Source: Paraglomus brasilianum (lineage: Eukaryota). From it: a stretch of 42,502 bases of DNA. The stretch is from contig CAJVPI010000207.1 in the NCBI GenBank assembly GCA_910592345.1, forward strand, positions 1 to 42,502, written 5' to 3'. Both the position numbers and the translations under genes were made by a program. This document shows positions 23,614 through 35,968 of the stretch, piece by piece. The notes under the pieces were generated by a model, which did no database searches, had not been told where the DNA came from, and was given only the letters and a program-made list of their open reading frames with translations. Each line of letters begins with the position of its first letter. The first letter of the stretch is position 1.

Positions 23614-24879
23614 TCAAGATCTGTACGACAACTCTACCCTATTCTCACTGTACAATTTATCCATCCTACGTTTTGCCTTGGCGTATCCCTGTTCAGCAGA
23701 TTTTTGATACAGTCTAACGGCCTTTTGAAAATGTCGTTCGACGCCAATCCCGTGCTCGTAATGCTTACCAAGAGTATATTGGGCAGGGGCGTGCCCTTGA
23801 TCTGAAGACTCTTGATACATACTAACTGCCTTCTGATCGTCCCTTCTGATACCAATACCGTATTGATAATATTTCCCGAGCCTAAACTGAGCTGGAGCGT
23901 ATCTCTGTTTAACGGCAGCTTCTTGGAATAGTCGTATGGCTGTTTGGGTATCTTTGTACACACCGACTCCATTTTTGTAGCATTTTGCAAGCGTATATTG
24001 TGCAGGCGCATAATCTAGTTCGGTGGCTTTCTGGAATAGTTCGATGGCTTTGCTATCGTCTTGACGGATCCCGATTCCTCTTTGATAATATTTCCCGAGT
24101 TTATATGCCGCCGGAACGTATCCTTGCTCGGCCTGCTGAAATAGTCTGGCCGCCTTCTGGAACAACGCAAATGCGTCCTGATCTTTTTTGCTCGCGTCGA
24201 CCCTTTTTTGGTAAACCCACCCGAAATTGTAATACGTAAATTGTTCGGCGATTTTTTGATAGTCGTCAATTGCCTTTTGTTGATCCCGGGTCGCACCAAT
24301 GGCAAACTGGTATGCTATACTGTGCGTATATTGTATTCGATCACGTTCTCCTTCGTCGGCTTTCCGATAAAGTTCTATAGCCTTTTGCTCATCCTTTTCG
24401 ACGCCAATTCCGAATTGATGGTACGCACCGAGCTTGCAGAGCGCAAGTACATAGTCTTGTTCAACCGCTTTGTGGAATAGTTCTAACGCCCTTTCGCCGT
24501 CTTGTTCGACTCCGCATCCTTTCTCGTAACATAGACCAAGCTCATATTGGGCGCAGGCGAGTCCGTGTCCGGCTGCTCTTTCGAATAACTGTGCCGCCTT
24601 GTAATTGTTCTTTTCTACACCGATGCCATTATAGTAGCACAAGCCAAGATAATATTGTGCCAGCGAAAATTGCTGATCAGCAGCTCGTTGAAAGAATTCG
24701 GCCGCTATTTCGTTATTCATTTCTACTCCGGTTCCAGTTCTGTAGCAGTCGCCAAGGTAAAATTGTCCAATTGGATTACCCTGTTCGGAAGAATCCCGGA
24801 ATAATTCGACGGCTTTCTCATCATTGAATCCTTCTTTTTGGTACCACACGCCAAATTTCAAGATTGTAAAGGCGTTCAT
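23614..24879 (-). CDS. Sel1-like repeat (SLR) protein, about 11 repeats, 421 aa, intronless
   Basis: 36-aa units of consensus AQYxLGxxYxxGxGVxxDxxKAxxLFQKAAEQG span the whole ORF; repeats 1, 6 and 7 are degenerate. No kinase domain or obvious signal peptide. A TA-rich TATA-like run lies at ~25059-25071 upstream. Confidence 0.93.
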   Translation of the reverse strand: MNAFTILKFGVWYQKEGFNDEKAVELFRDSSEQGNPIGQFYLGDCYRTGTGVEMNNEIAAEFFQRAADQQFSLAQYYLGLCYYNGIGVEKNNYKAAQLFERAAGHGLACAQYELGLCYEKGCGVEQDGERALELFHKAVEQDYVLALCKLGAYHQFGIGVEKDEQKAIELYRKADEGERDRIQYTHSIAYQFAIGATRDQQKAIDDYQKIAEQFTYYNFGWVYQKRVDASKKDQDAFALFQKAARLFQQAEQGYVPAAYKLGKYYQRGIGIRQDDSKAIELFQKATELDYAPAQYTLAKCYKNGVGVYKDTQTAIRLFQEAAVKQRYAPAQFRLGKYYQYGIGIRRDDQKAVSMYQESSDQGHAPAQYTLGKHYEHGIGVERHFQKAVRLYQKSAEQGYAKAKRRMDKLYSENRVELSYRS

Positions 24880-27800
24880 TATCAGAAAGGGGGGTGTACG
24901 GTATATACCTTGGTAAAATGGAGAACGGCGTGATGATGACGTATAGTACGATGTGTCCTGCGTAAGTGAGAGAAGGGTGCGTTGTCGTATTATGTGGCTG
25001 ATGCTTGTGTGATAGAGAGAGTCGTAAGCTTATGTAAAAATGCGGTAGAGGGCTGGTTTATATATATATATGTTACAAAAAGAAATAATATATAATAGAA
25101 ACTATATTAAATGTAAGATATAAATAGTATGATTATATATGATATGCACTTCTGACTATCATCACTAATTGCGAATTTGAATGTTTTATTTCTCAAAAGG
25201 TTCGATAAACGTTCGATGATTGGAAACTATTGGTCATTGTGGGATATGTTTCTAAATAAAGAATTTGCAATAGAGTTCTGACGGAAAATAGTTCTTTGCG
25301 CAAAAATGGATATATCCAAATAAATCCAATAATAAGGAAAATGGAGAAGAGGGAAGAAAAAGAAAAAGAAAAGAGAATATCCTAGTCTTGGGTTGATAGA
25401 TGAACGATTTTGATGGAGATGCAAAGTCGTGCATGCTTGTAGCTTGTAAAAACGATAATTTCATGTCTGTCAGCAAAAGTTATTGGTATCAATTGAAATC
25501 TCCATCGATCTTGTAGAACAGCGCATTTTTGTGCGAGTGGAAAAGTGCGTAATCACAAGTCAGGTGCATCTGTGTGTGAGGCGTCGAATAAGAAAGATTG
25601 TGTGGTTTCCAATAAGATAGAATTACTGTTATTGAGGAGGTTAGCGTTTTACCTTAGGCATAGCACATCGGTCATGGATATGGGGAGGGGGACTCTGAAG
25701 TACCGACTCTGGATCGGGAATCACGTCTTGTTACATTAAGCTAGATCACACATAACAACAGGTTAGCACAGTTTGTGTCGAAAATCGACAATGGGGGACA
25801 TGCTATTTGAAGTCGATGACAGGTGCTATGATTTTTTTGGCAATAAAACTTGTTGTTAGAAAAAGGATTCTATTATTTAGCGAATCATCTTCTTCTCATA
25901 GGAACGAGAATATACACATGCGATAGTTTCTAATAAAATATATTGGAATGTTGGATACATATTGCATGCAACGTTTTTCATATGATAATTGGATAGAATT
26001 CTGTGTATATCATTGCACACTCCAAGTGGGGAGAAATTCAGGGGAACAGATGCACTGAACCACATCGGTATAAATTAAGACGAAAATGTGTGATACAAAT
26101 AATGGCAAAATGATTCTTTGGGGGGAGGTTTCGGAACCTAATTTTATATTTTATTCTATATTTAATTATTCACGCACTATTAATCTTTCAGGTGATCGCT
26201 TCGAAACCATAACCATACGAGAACTTATAGAAGTATCACACATAGTGCAGGAGGGCCAGATAAGCATCAGATACACCTGTTAATTGCAATATTTGATGTT
26301 CGTTATCGTTTAATAATGAGAAGAAGAAAAATCCAATTCTCGCCCATGGGAGAAAATTACAAACGCTTGTGAGTATTCTTTGGTAAATCCGTATTTCATT
26401 TCAGGGTTTTCTATTAAAATCTTAGTTCATGTGTACAGTTGCTTAAATCTATTTTTACTCATATATCCAATCTTTGAACGTAAAAAATTTTCCTTTGGAT
26501 GAGCATTATGTTAAAGAATCAGGGTGGCAGTTCTCTCAATTTAAAAATTATCCGACTAGAACTCTTTTTATTTAAAAGATATTCTTACGTATACTTTTTT
26601 GAGGTTTACAAGTATATATTTTTTTGCTCACTGTGAGGGGACAGTTCCTCGATTAGATTATCTGGATTTAGCATTTGGCTTGTTTTAGGAGTTTGTTCAA
26701 AAAAAAAAAAAAAGGACGGAAAAAGCAGACTTGTCAAAGGTTTTCGATATTGACGTTCGATCATGATTATTGCAATATTATAGGAAAATTCTCATACCGC
26801 CTCTGTAATAAAGTGTGTAATGCGATTAAACTACAATCCAATCAGCCGATGATGCAATTTCTTTCTTCACTTTGTATCGCAATTCTAACCCGTTCTTGTG
26901 TATTTCTAACGTTCGATTATACTCAAACTATTGTTTCGCAATATAGCGAGCTTTTCCCTAAATAACCTTGCGCATGCCAAAGAAGACGGAGTGGCCCAGA
27001 ACTTTTTGTCCCTTATTAATCCTGAATTGTTTGATGGTGAACTTTTGACATTGACATTGTAAACTCTTGTCGTAACAGACACATTCCTGTAGTTACATGC
27101 ATTATTTAGTCACCCGGTCCTAGTCAGATGATGTGTCTGCCGTATTAACTGCATAATATAGTTTTCCTTTTACAAAAAGCAATTTTCTTTAGAGGTTAGG
27201 TTAGGTTTAACGGTAATGATTTAGATTTAACCTTTTATGTAATTCGTCATTCCTGGTTAGTTTAGGATTTCTAAGATTGCGTGACCGAGTTATATAAAGA
27301 ACCTATCATGGTGAAGGGATTGTCTGCGCAATAAAGTTGTACTTATTGAAGGGATTGTCTGCTTTGACCAGATTTGGTTAAACACTAGACATGATCAAAT
27401 TAATGCTTATATTTATTATGTGTCTAGACGTCACATTCGCAGACGCAGATATTGTAAGTCATGAAAGAAAAATAGAGGAGGGGAGTAGAAAAAAAAAAGC
27501 GGACATTTCGCAAACAGTTTCGACAATAATGTACGAAAATAGCACTGTCCCTTGTTGATTCACGGAGTATGATACCTTTATAATTGTAATATATCAAATC
27601 ATGAATCTGTGCACCGTAAACTTTCTCTTTGAAAATTCTGAAAGTCTTTGTTGTAATTCTAAACCATATATTCTACTTGTAGAGCCAAAATAGAAAAACC
27701 ATTCTCTTGTATGATAAATTTTCAAATGTACTAAAAACATACTCACGACTAATAAGCGTCAACAACGGTTTGATTTTAGTTTTCTGATAAGGTTTTTTGT

Positions 27801-28035
27801 CTAATTGTTGTTGCTTTATCTTGCTCGTCGTTACTCATTTTGCAGTTTCAACTAAATTTTAAAAATTATCGTAATATTTATTTATTTGACAGAAGATTAA
27901 AACTTTAATATTGTATTTTATGCAAGAAAGGATTTAACTCGATGATATTTACTTGACAAATGTTTATATTGCATAGAGCTTGAGTAAAAAGTTCTATCGC
28001 CTACCATTTCTAAACTGAGAACATTACAAAATGAA

Positions 28036-28240
28036 AATTCCTCTCAAGCTATTCTTTAGACATTTATTATTTAAAAAAAGTTATAATTTAAAGCAACTTT
28101 ATAAGAACTTCAGCGGTCAAATTTGGTAATATATTGCCAAAACAAGAATACAGAAGATTAATTAGAAAATTAGCCAAAACAGACTATATGTATACAGACC
28201 ATTATTTATCGCACATGCTAGGAGGCTTACTATTCTATCA
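28036..28240 (+). pseudogene. Relic resembling the extreme C-terminus of a MutL endonuclease subunit (MLH3/PMS-like)
   Basis: From 28104 it reads RTSAVKFGNILPKQEYRRLIRKLAKTD, then after a frameshift PLFIAHARRLTIL (28199-28237), preceded by KIP/QAIL*TLLFKKSY. Compare MutL_C: ACRSAIKFGDxLSxEECxRLIxxLxxCxxPFxCAHGRPT. Confidence 0.45.
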
Positions 28241-30902
28241 CAAGCTACAAATAACCTTGTCTTCGAATCAGTATCTAGTACCTTGTCCATCTTCTTAGAT
28301 CTGTTGATCTCTAGGCAAAAACTTAGTCAAACTATTGGCGTATAATAAAATCCAACCTTTATTCTAAGTATAGCTCGGCCAACGCACGGATTCGAGCAAG
28401 CAATATACAACGTTCTCTAAAATAATAACCATTTTAAAGCTGCATTGTAGACCAGATAGACAGACAATTAAAAAGGTTAAATAACTTGCATTAATAGTTG
28501 ACCCATGTAAATATGGGGCATTTTATTGTAGATTTGTGTACGTCATAATCAAGTAATCCCAACATAGTAATTTCTACGAAAACAAAATCTGATGCTTCAG
28601 TACATATTCTACTCATGCTATGCGCCAAAATAATATCAAATCCGTGAAGCAAAATTCTGAAATTTACACACGAAATCTACCAAAATCAATAATTGATATT
28701 AATATGTCTGTACTTAAGTTTTATTAGTCGGCACCGTATTTAGGTATATATTGTATTTGTTGGCAAGCTGTATAGTTTTGTTCCTGCAAAAGAGCATACG
28801 TTCGTTTATAGAATAAGGTTTAGATATATTTAGTAGAACTTAACTTTATTCATCAACGTAATAATGACAACTGACACAAACGTTCTTACCAAATTACAAT
28901 AAAAATAATGTTTTTTAAAAATATCACTCGAATGCACGACACAAATTTCAGTCTATTGAAAATAAGGAGCGTATCCTGATCGAGTATAATTGTAATAAAA
29001 TTATTATAGAATCGTCAAACATGTTTTTTTGCCAATTAAACAACTCAAACATGCTTTTAAATGGTCAATAAAATATAGTTTTAAATCAAACATTTTATTC
29101 GACCATAAGAATAAAAAAGAGTAAGGATATTAAACTTTATATATATTGCAAAGCTGGTGGCAATACATTGTTTATTTGTAATGTCTATTACCACTTTGAC
29201 ATTATAGTTTGCCCAGTAATATTTTATTCTCTTATCTCATTTCTCTTATCTAATGTTACCTAATGTGGCCCAAAGACTACATCAACGTGACCACTTATAA
29301 CGTTCTTTTTTCTTTCTTTTTTTTTATAATCTCGACTTGACACAATGTTTTCTGGTTGCTAAGTATAGTGATAGAATAATGCAGCCCACAACAGTGCATT
29401 ACGTTAAAGTTATCAATGCCACAGCTCTCTTTCAATAAGGCTAATAATCAATTCACGTGGCTTTTATTACTAACCTACCCTCGCGACTAGTACTAAAGAG
29501 TTAAACAGCGTAATGAAATCATTCACCAAACATTTCCTAACGGCAAGACCAATTTTTACGTCTGCATATCGAATTTTAATAATAATGAGAGTACTACCAT
29601 TACGAACAAAAGTTTTGAAGTTTAACAGCTTGGCGTTATTCAGTTAAAACATGATTTTTTGTTATTAGACCTTGGTACTCGCTCCATTATAACAAATATT
29701 AAACAAAATTACCAGCAATTATTTAATTATGTATCGTAGAAGTGTTGGCTAGTTACCCACACTATTATTATGTAAGGCATTTCCGTATCTCATACATACA
29801 TCTCAAGTTATAAAACATTCGCGAATGGTCAGGTTGACTTGTCATAAATAAATGATGAGAAACAAATATCCAGCCGATTCCCGGAAAATAGTAGTTGGTT
29901 CACTAGACACAGAACACGCATGTGAATAGACAATTATAACACGTTCACATATTGTAAACATATTTATGACAACTTGGCGTCTTTTATTACCAACACTGTT
30001 TGTTATAAACAGGCAGACTGACTTACGTGCATTTGACAATTTACGTTATTGAGAATTACACAAGTGGTTTCCAAGCTTAATTACCACAAATAAACCTTTA
30101 CAAAACGAATTCATGGTAAAAAATAGTAAGAGTGTGCATGGATAACGTATATGACTTATGAGCAAATATACAGGCCTTCCATAAGTAGAAGGCACGTGAG
30201 ATCCGTCGTGTCTTTTCTGTTAAGCTGAACTTTTTTTGGAAATATAGAATTAAAATTTCAAACCTATTAATTAACTAATGCAAGTTTTGCATGCATTAAC
30301 AAGTTTACGACAGATTTTTATTGATCCGTTAATATACATTTCTTATTATCGTGCACCAAATATTAGTGTAAGAATAAAAGAAATGTGTCATAAATAAATT
30401 GATACGTGATAAAAAAATCTTGTTACTTGTGCTATTGTAAAGGGGGGACGTTTCTGACGTTAATGACCGCCCAAAGGCCCCCGCATCATTGACAAACGCT
30501 GGAGTAGCGCGTATATTGTATGCTACTACTAGCGCAAGCTATGCGTGCGGTGACAACTGAATCTTTAAGTGCAGGCGAAATAAACCACAATGTGCTTCTA
30601 ATGCAGTCTATTCGTCTGGCAACTGAGTCCTTGAATTTTCCGATATTTTGCACCGGCCATCGGTAAACTTTCGAGAGATAAGCCATCGGGCGCCTTTACG
30701 TCGGCAGAACCTAAATTATGTTTAAGTCGTGTTAGTTATAGTTGCAACAAACTTTGTGAGTTTGAAAAAAGTTGCAAATACAGGTCGCAGATATTTCTTA
30801 CCCGCTTCCATTCTTCGTCCGTCCAAGTCTCTCGCCTCACTTTTGTTAGACAATGCTTGTTTTAAACTTTCGAGGAAGGTTTTTAAGGAAAAGTTGAGGC
30901 AG

Positions 30903-31830
30903 ATGGCAAACCAACTTTATAAGTTGACGGTTGTGGGTGTTGGCACGCTTTTTATAAGCATTATTAATAATCTTCCATTGTGTTTGCTAAATCGGTCGTT
31001 CACTTTACAAAACACGATATGGCTTATAATTTATTTATTCTACTATTCAAGTATTCTACCGAGCTGCGTATACAATGGATTACTTTTCCGTCATAATGTT
31101 TCTCTTCTTTTCTATGTTGGCTGGATTGGGTTAACTATAATAAGAACAACTCAATATCCGGTAACTCCATGTAACAATTGATGTCTTATCAAAAATGCAT
31201 AGCAAAAATATCCACATCCTCTCGTATGTTGTCTATACATGGAGTACAAGCGTTTGTTATCGTCAGCACTGATCATCATAAAGAATATTATGACGAAATG
31301 GTCAGACGGAGTTGACCTCCGACGATCATGCAAAAAACTATTTTTATAATTTAGGCAGCACTTTTTTGGAGCAGATTATCAATTAATATTAAACAAGAAA
31401 ACGTTAGTCAACAAATTGGCTTGGTTAAGACTCCCTATAAACTCCGAGATTGGTCTGAGTATTCATGCTTTAATTTATGCTTTACTGATTTATTATCATT
31501 CTTTACTTACGTCCCAAACGTCCTCCTCTCCATTCGCCTTTCCGTACTTTTAAGACAAAAGAAATTCTCCAGTTTGGCAAGAATAAAATGGTCTGATTGC
31601 AGCTTCCATTGACAACGTATTGATTATGTGTAGTATCAAGAGCGTTGTTGGATTCTCTAAACAATCAACTATTACTTGTTTAGGTCAACAATTGCGGGAG
31701 AGCATTCACTTTCGGTGGGATTATTCCGGAAGCTTATAGTATGGTGTACAAATGTATCTATCTAAAACGCGTTTCTCATTAAGCGAATAACAATTGTAAT
31801 GCCACGGGACAAGAGGCGAACACTTTTAAT
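30903..31830 (+). pseudogene. Possible Ras-family small GTPase relic
   Basis: Collinear fragments: MANQLYKLTVVGVG (30903; cf. YKLVVVGxGGVGKS), TID/SYQKC (31174; cf. TIEDSYRKQ) and NATGQEANT (31798; cf. DTAGQEEYT). No intact P-loop or NKxD motif. Confidence 0.35.
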
Positions 31831-32266
31831 TGATATAGAAATTAGTGGTCCCAACTATATCAATCGTTTATCAGGAAAATTACTCGTTTGTTAGAAAGGA
31901 ATGTGATTATGAACTATATAACAACGCGAACATGCAAAAGTGATGAATTCAAGCGGAAAGTCGAGCTGCATACATATCTAAAGTGTTGCGCTCGCAACAC
32001 ATTTATTTTAGTGCTTAGATTGTTAAACTGTTCGTGTAATAATATTGTGCAATGTTTGCTGCGTCCCGATATAAACAATGCTATTCAGGAATCCTCAGAG
32101 CTGCCGCAGAAATTGAGAGAAGATTACGTCAATCAACATCGTACTTCACACAAGCATATCTGAGAACTGGTTGAACTGAGAAGCTCTTGGGGTGACCATA
32201 CGATTAGTACTGTAGCATGGCTATTCGATAGACGAATGAGGTGTTAAAGCAACGTTGTATCATGTT

Positions 32267-32699
32267 TACCTGCTTCTGGTTATAACGGCAGCTGGATAAA
32301 TGACACTTTTCAACAACGACTTTTTTTGAAATCCGGCTTTACCGACACAACGACATATTTAACCGACAGTTGTATAATCCTGACAGGTCGTATTCACCTT
32401 ATAGTATTCCTTCTTTATGGTGTTTGTACGAACCATTGGATTGTGGCACTGGTTTATAAAACGACTGTCTACCAATTATATTAATTTGAAACTATTCTTC
32501 AAATTTTAGATATCACATACTTTTCGTTTTTCAAAGAATTATAAACAAACAAAATCTTGCTGGCTTAAATTACTCGTAAATATTTATATGTGATAAACTG
32601 GTGAATTTGTATACATATTTGCCGCCGGATAAGCCGACATCTGAATTCAACAATACCTTTTTCATTGCTCGAAAGTGTCGTTATAACCCAGATACTTGT
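32267..32699. mobile_element. Degenerate pogo-like MITE
   Basis: Inverted core GGTTATAACGGCA (32278-32290) / TGTCGTTATAACC (32676-32688) with 1 mismatch, plus several internal (A)ACGAC(A/T) motifs. The outer TIR bases are decayed. Confidence 0.4.
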
Positions 32700-32913
32700 G
32701 TTGTTAAATTTATTACAATTGAAACAAAGCTAACTACACGTGTGTCGAAGGTCACAAACAATTGATGTATACTTGTATTATTGATAAAAGTGACACATAC
32801 TCGTGATAGTTGCGTTTGTGATCAAAGCCACTTTTTGAACTTTGTTTTGCAGAAGCATGCCTTGTGATTTTCAGAATGATGACACTTACCTAAAATGTCG
32901 TTAACCGCCCTCG

Positions 32914-33490
32914 TATAGTAAATGCACTCTCCCTAAATGCACACTCTCCTTAAGTGCACGGTATTTCAAATTTCCAACCTCGGGAATTAATGATAAATGC
33001 ACATTCTCTCCATTCTGCACGTGCAATGGATTTTAAGTTCCAAGGGGTTATTGAAAATAATCTCCGTAAATGCATGCACATGATCCTATCTGTTAAGTCG
33101 TGTAAACTTGCATTGCGATATCAGGCAAGATATTTAGCGCCCTCCCTAATGCACGCCCGTGATTTTCACGTAATTTTTCATTGTACGATGTCTCGATGAA
33201 TGTACGAATAGGAGGGGCAATGCCTACTGATCCAAGAACTAAATAGGAGTGTATGCCTGAAATAACTCAATTTCTATCAGGCCAAGCGAATCGTCGTCGT
33301 TTAGCAGTTTATCCTGAATCTTTGAGTAACAGACGGATGAAGAATTTCCTTATCATTATGGAAACAAAAAGTATGATGTAATTAACGTTAATAATAGACA
33401 CTCAAAAAACTATCATCAATACTGCAAGAGCTTATCAAAATCTGTCGTGTATTTATTCGAATCGTGATAATCCTCTCTAAATGCACACAC
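32914..33490 (+). mobile_element. Probable end of a decayed DNA transposon (iterated TAAATGCAC motifs)
   Basis: TAAATGCAC or 1-change variants at 32919, 32934, 32951, 32994, 33067, 33147 and 33478, all in the same orientation and beginning at TATAGTA. No partner TIR was found. Confidence 0.35.
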
Positions 33491-33739
33491 ACCAAAATTC
33501 GTGACGTTAATACATCTGCTTCATTTGAACGAACTCGTAATTTAATGCGAAGAGCCTTCCTTTTTTTAATTAGATATGCAAAAATATGCTCATTTCAACA
33601 TATTAATATTAATATGGTATTGTTGAAAAACTAATACCGTAAGCATTAATAAGAACTTGTAATGACTATCTGACCCAGTCAAAATACAGTCGACCTGTCC
33701 ACATCATATACAGTCACATGCTTTTTCGGTCCCTGCCAA

Positions 33740-34339
33740 TGTCAGATCGGAATTATAATAGCATGATGAATATAGTTTGCATTCTACTTCAGTCTTGTCT
33801 AATCACTGTGTCAAGTTCTTGGACATGTCTCATAGTATTATCTAACTGTACTAGAGACACATCCATTGACGAGTGTTTAGTTACATATTATAAACCACGA
33901 TTTCGAACGTCATGGGTAACATCTATATCATTAAAGATTCCGTATTCTTGATCTATTCATTATTTGAATATCTCAAATATAGTCATAGATCATTTATGTA
34001 GTGACCAATGTTTTTAATTGTACAAGTCCCCAAAAGTTGTATAAATTTTTGATACATCTAGTTTATTGCAATGCTGTTGGTCAACTGCACCGCCGCTTTC
34101 CGCCATTTGCATCAGTATTAACCATGTATATATTTTGTCGATCCAAAACTAAACCGTTTATGTGTAAACTGTTATACAACAGAGGTGTGGGATACATCAA
34201 ATTCGAACCAAGCGAATGATTTCTTCATAGAATATCTGATTACATGATCTCATTCCATTGCAGCAGCCAAGGTAATATTGTTAATGCCGAAGTATGTTAT
34301 ATTATTGTTACTGATACTCTGTGTTATTCCGATCTGACA
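33740..34339. mobile_element. Candidate solo LTR (600 bp; TG...CA ends with 14-bp inverted termini)
   Basis: Starts TGTCAGATCGGAAT (33740) and ends ATTCCGATCTGACA (34339). The 5-bp flanks GCCAA / TACAA match at only 3 of 5 positions. The interior is non-coding. Confidence 0.45.
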
Positions 34340-35968
34340 TACAACAAGGTCATACTGACTGACAATTAGCGTATTGTCCTAATATCCATGCCATTCAGTT
34401 GACTGAATGCTCACAGTATATATCTTGTTGACCAATCATGATAAGCAATAGGGTGCACATAAGGCCAAAATTAGTCTAGGCTATATTCCTTTAAATGGTT
34501 TAGCTGTTGCGCGTTATAATACTATCATAATATCCCATTGTGTATGCGTCAAGTATCGGAGGAGATACTCATAGGTGGTCAATGAATTCTCTTTTACAAT
34601 AGTGTAAGTGCACTATAAATACTGCTAACAATGACGTTTAAAATTGACAACAAAATTGTACTTGTATGTAATGCCAACTTTTGTCTTCCATTATTTGTTT
34701 GTTCAAAGAGAGATGAAAATAAAGATATGAATCAGAGTTAATAGATTTCCCGATAGATGGTCCTTGAACAGAGAAGCGTCTGAGCAAGATCCTTGCTTAT
34801 AAAAAATCTAAATACAAACAATCTTAACTCACATGAACTGCCTCACATGTGCGGACACCATTTGTTTACCTTTATCAATAACAAGTGACTATTCGCGGAA
34901 CCCTATGCGGTGATGCGGTTCTCGGACTCGATTGCATGCAATTCTGAATGTAAGGATATAATACCGATTGAAATAAAAATGACATCATCTTATGCAAACG
35001 GTGGGCGTAACGTCAAGTATCACCTGTCAAAATCCCCATGCAGGCATTGACTTGGGCACGCTATACTGACCGGTGGAAGTCGATGGTTCCAAGGAATAAT
35101 GTACTGTACATACAAAGAATGATGTTCTACAACGAATGGTATACCTTTAATGAACGACAGCCTTGATATACAGCGTGAATTAACTAGTTACTGACCCATC
35201 ATTACAACGGTACTGAAACCACTACACACTGACAATAATACGTATATTTATAATGACAGTTTATTGATATTATCGATCCTTATGATCATGCATGTGAACA
35301 GAATGATAACTCTTCCTTTTCTAGTTTGAATACATTAATACATACAACGTATGCATGAAGCGCCCATCCTATTAAACCAATCATAACGCACAACTTAGGC
35401 TTATATTGTGAGACCCTTACCCAACGTACAATACGAGAAGGGCAAAGCAACAATGTAAAAATTGCGCCGAGACATGTGGGGAGAGTCATGCACATAGGTG
35501 TTAATCATTTTATTGTCAGGTATCTATTAACAATAGTATATAGTTTTTCGTTTGTCTATAATAAATTTATATTGAACTCAATGATTGTTTCTATGATCCA
35601 ATCATACATAATGTCTCGAGATCTGGCGCTCGTTTAGACTTACGTTATTGACAGTCTATCATTATCCGGACTAGTTGCCATCTCTCTTGAAGCAATTACG
35701 AACATTCAATAATAGTCTAGATCAATCTTCAAATAACGGCGCGCGCATTTATTATCTAGATACTTTGATTTACATTCCCTTTTTTGATTTAGTTTTGCTC
35801 TCCATAGCGACCAGCATTTAATTGAATATTATCAACGAATGGAACGTCAAATTTTCATTGAATCCAAAACCGTAACGTCACATGAAATAGCCTGGACGCA
35901 GAAATATTTAAAAGCGTCAGATATAATCCAACGTTTTCTCAAAGAACAACTCATCCCATCCTCCAAAA

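Noticed and set aside
23494..24827. Short ORFs overlapping the Sel1 gene (opposite strand and alternative frames)
   Set aside because: Shadow ORFs of a GC-richer repetitive CDS with no motifs.
27190..27205. Telomeric repeat (GGTTAGGTTAGGTT)
   Set aside because: Only about two units, consistent with chance.
27313..27362. 15-bp direct repeat GAAGGGATTGTCTGC x2
   Set aside because: Only two copies 35 bp apart, and no element could be defined.
35038..35070. Hsp70-like motif HAGIDLGTLY
   Set aside because: Followed immediately by a stop, with no further Hsp70 similarity seen.
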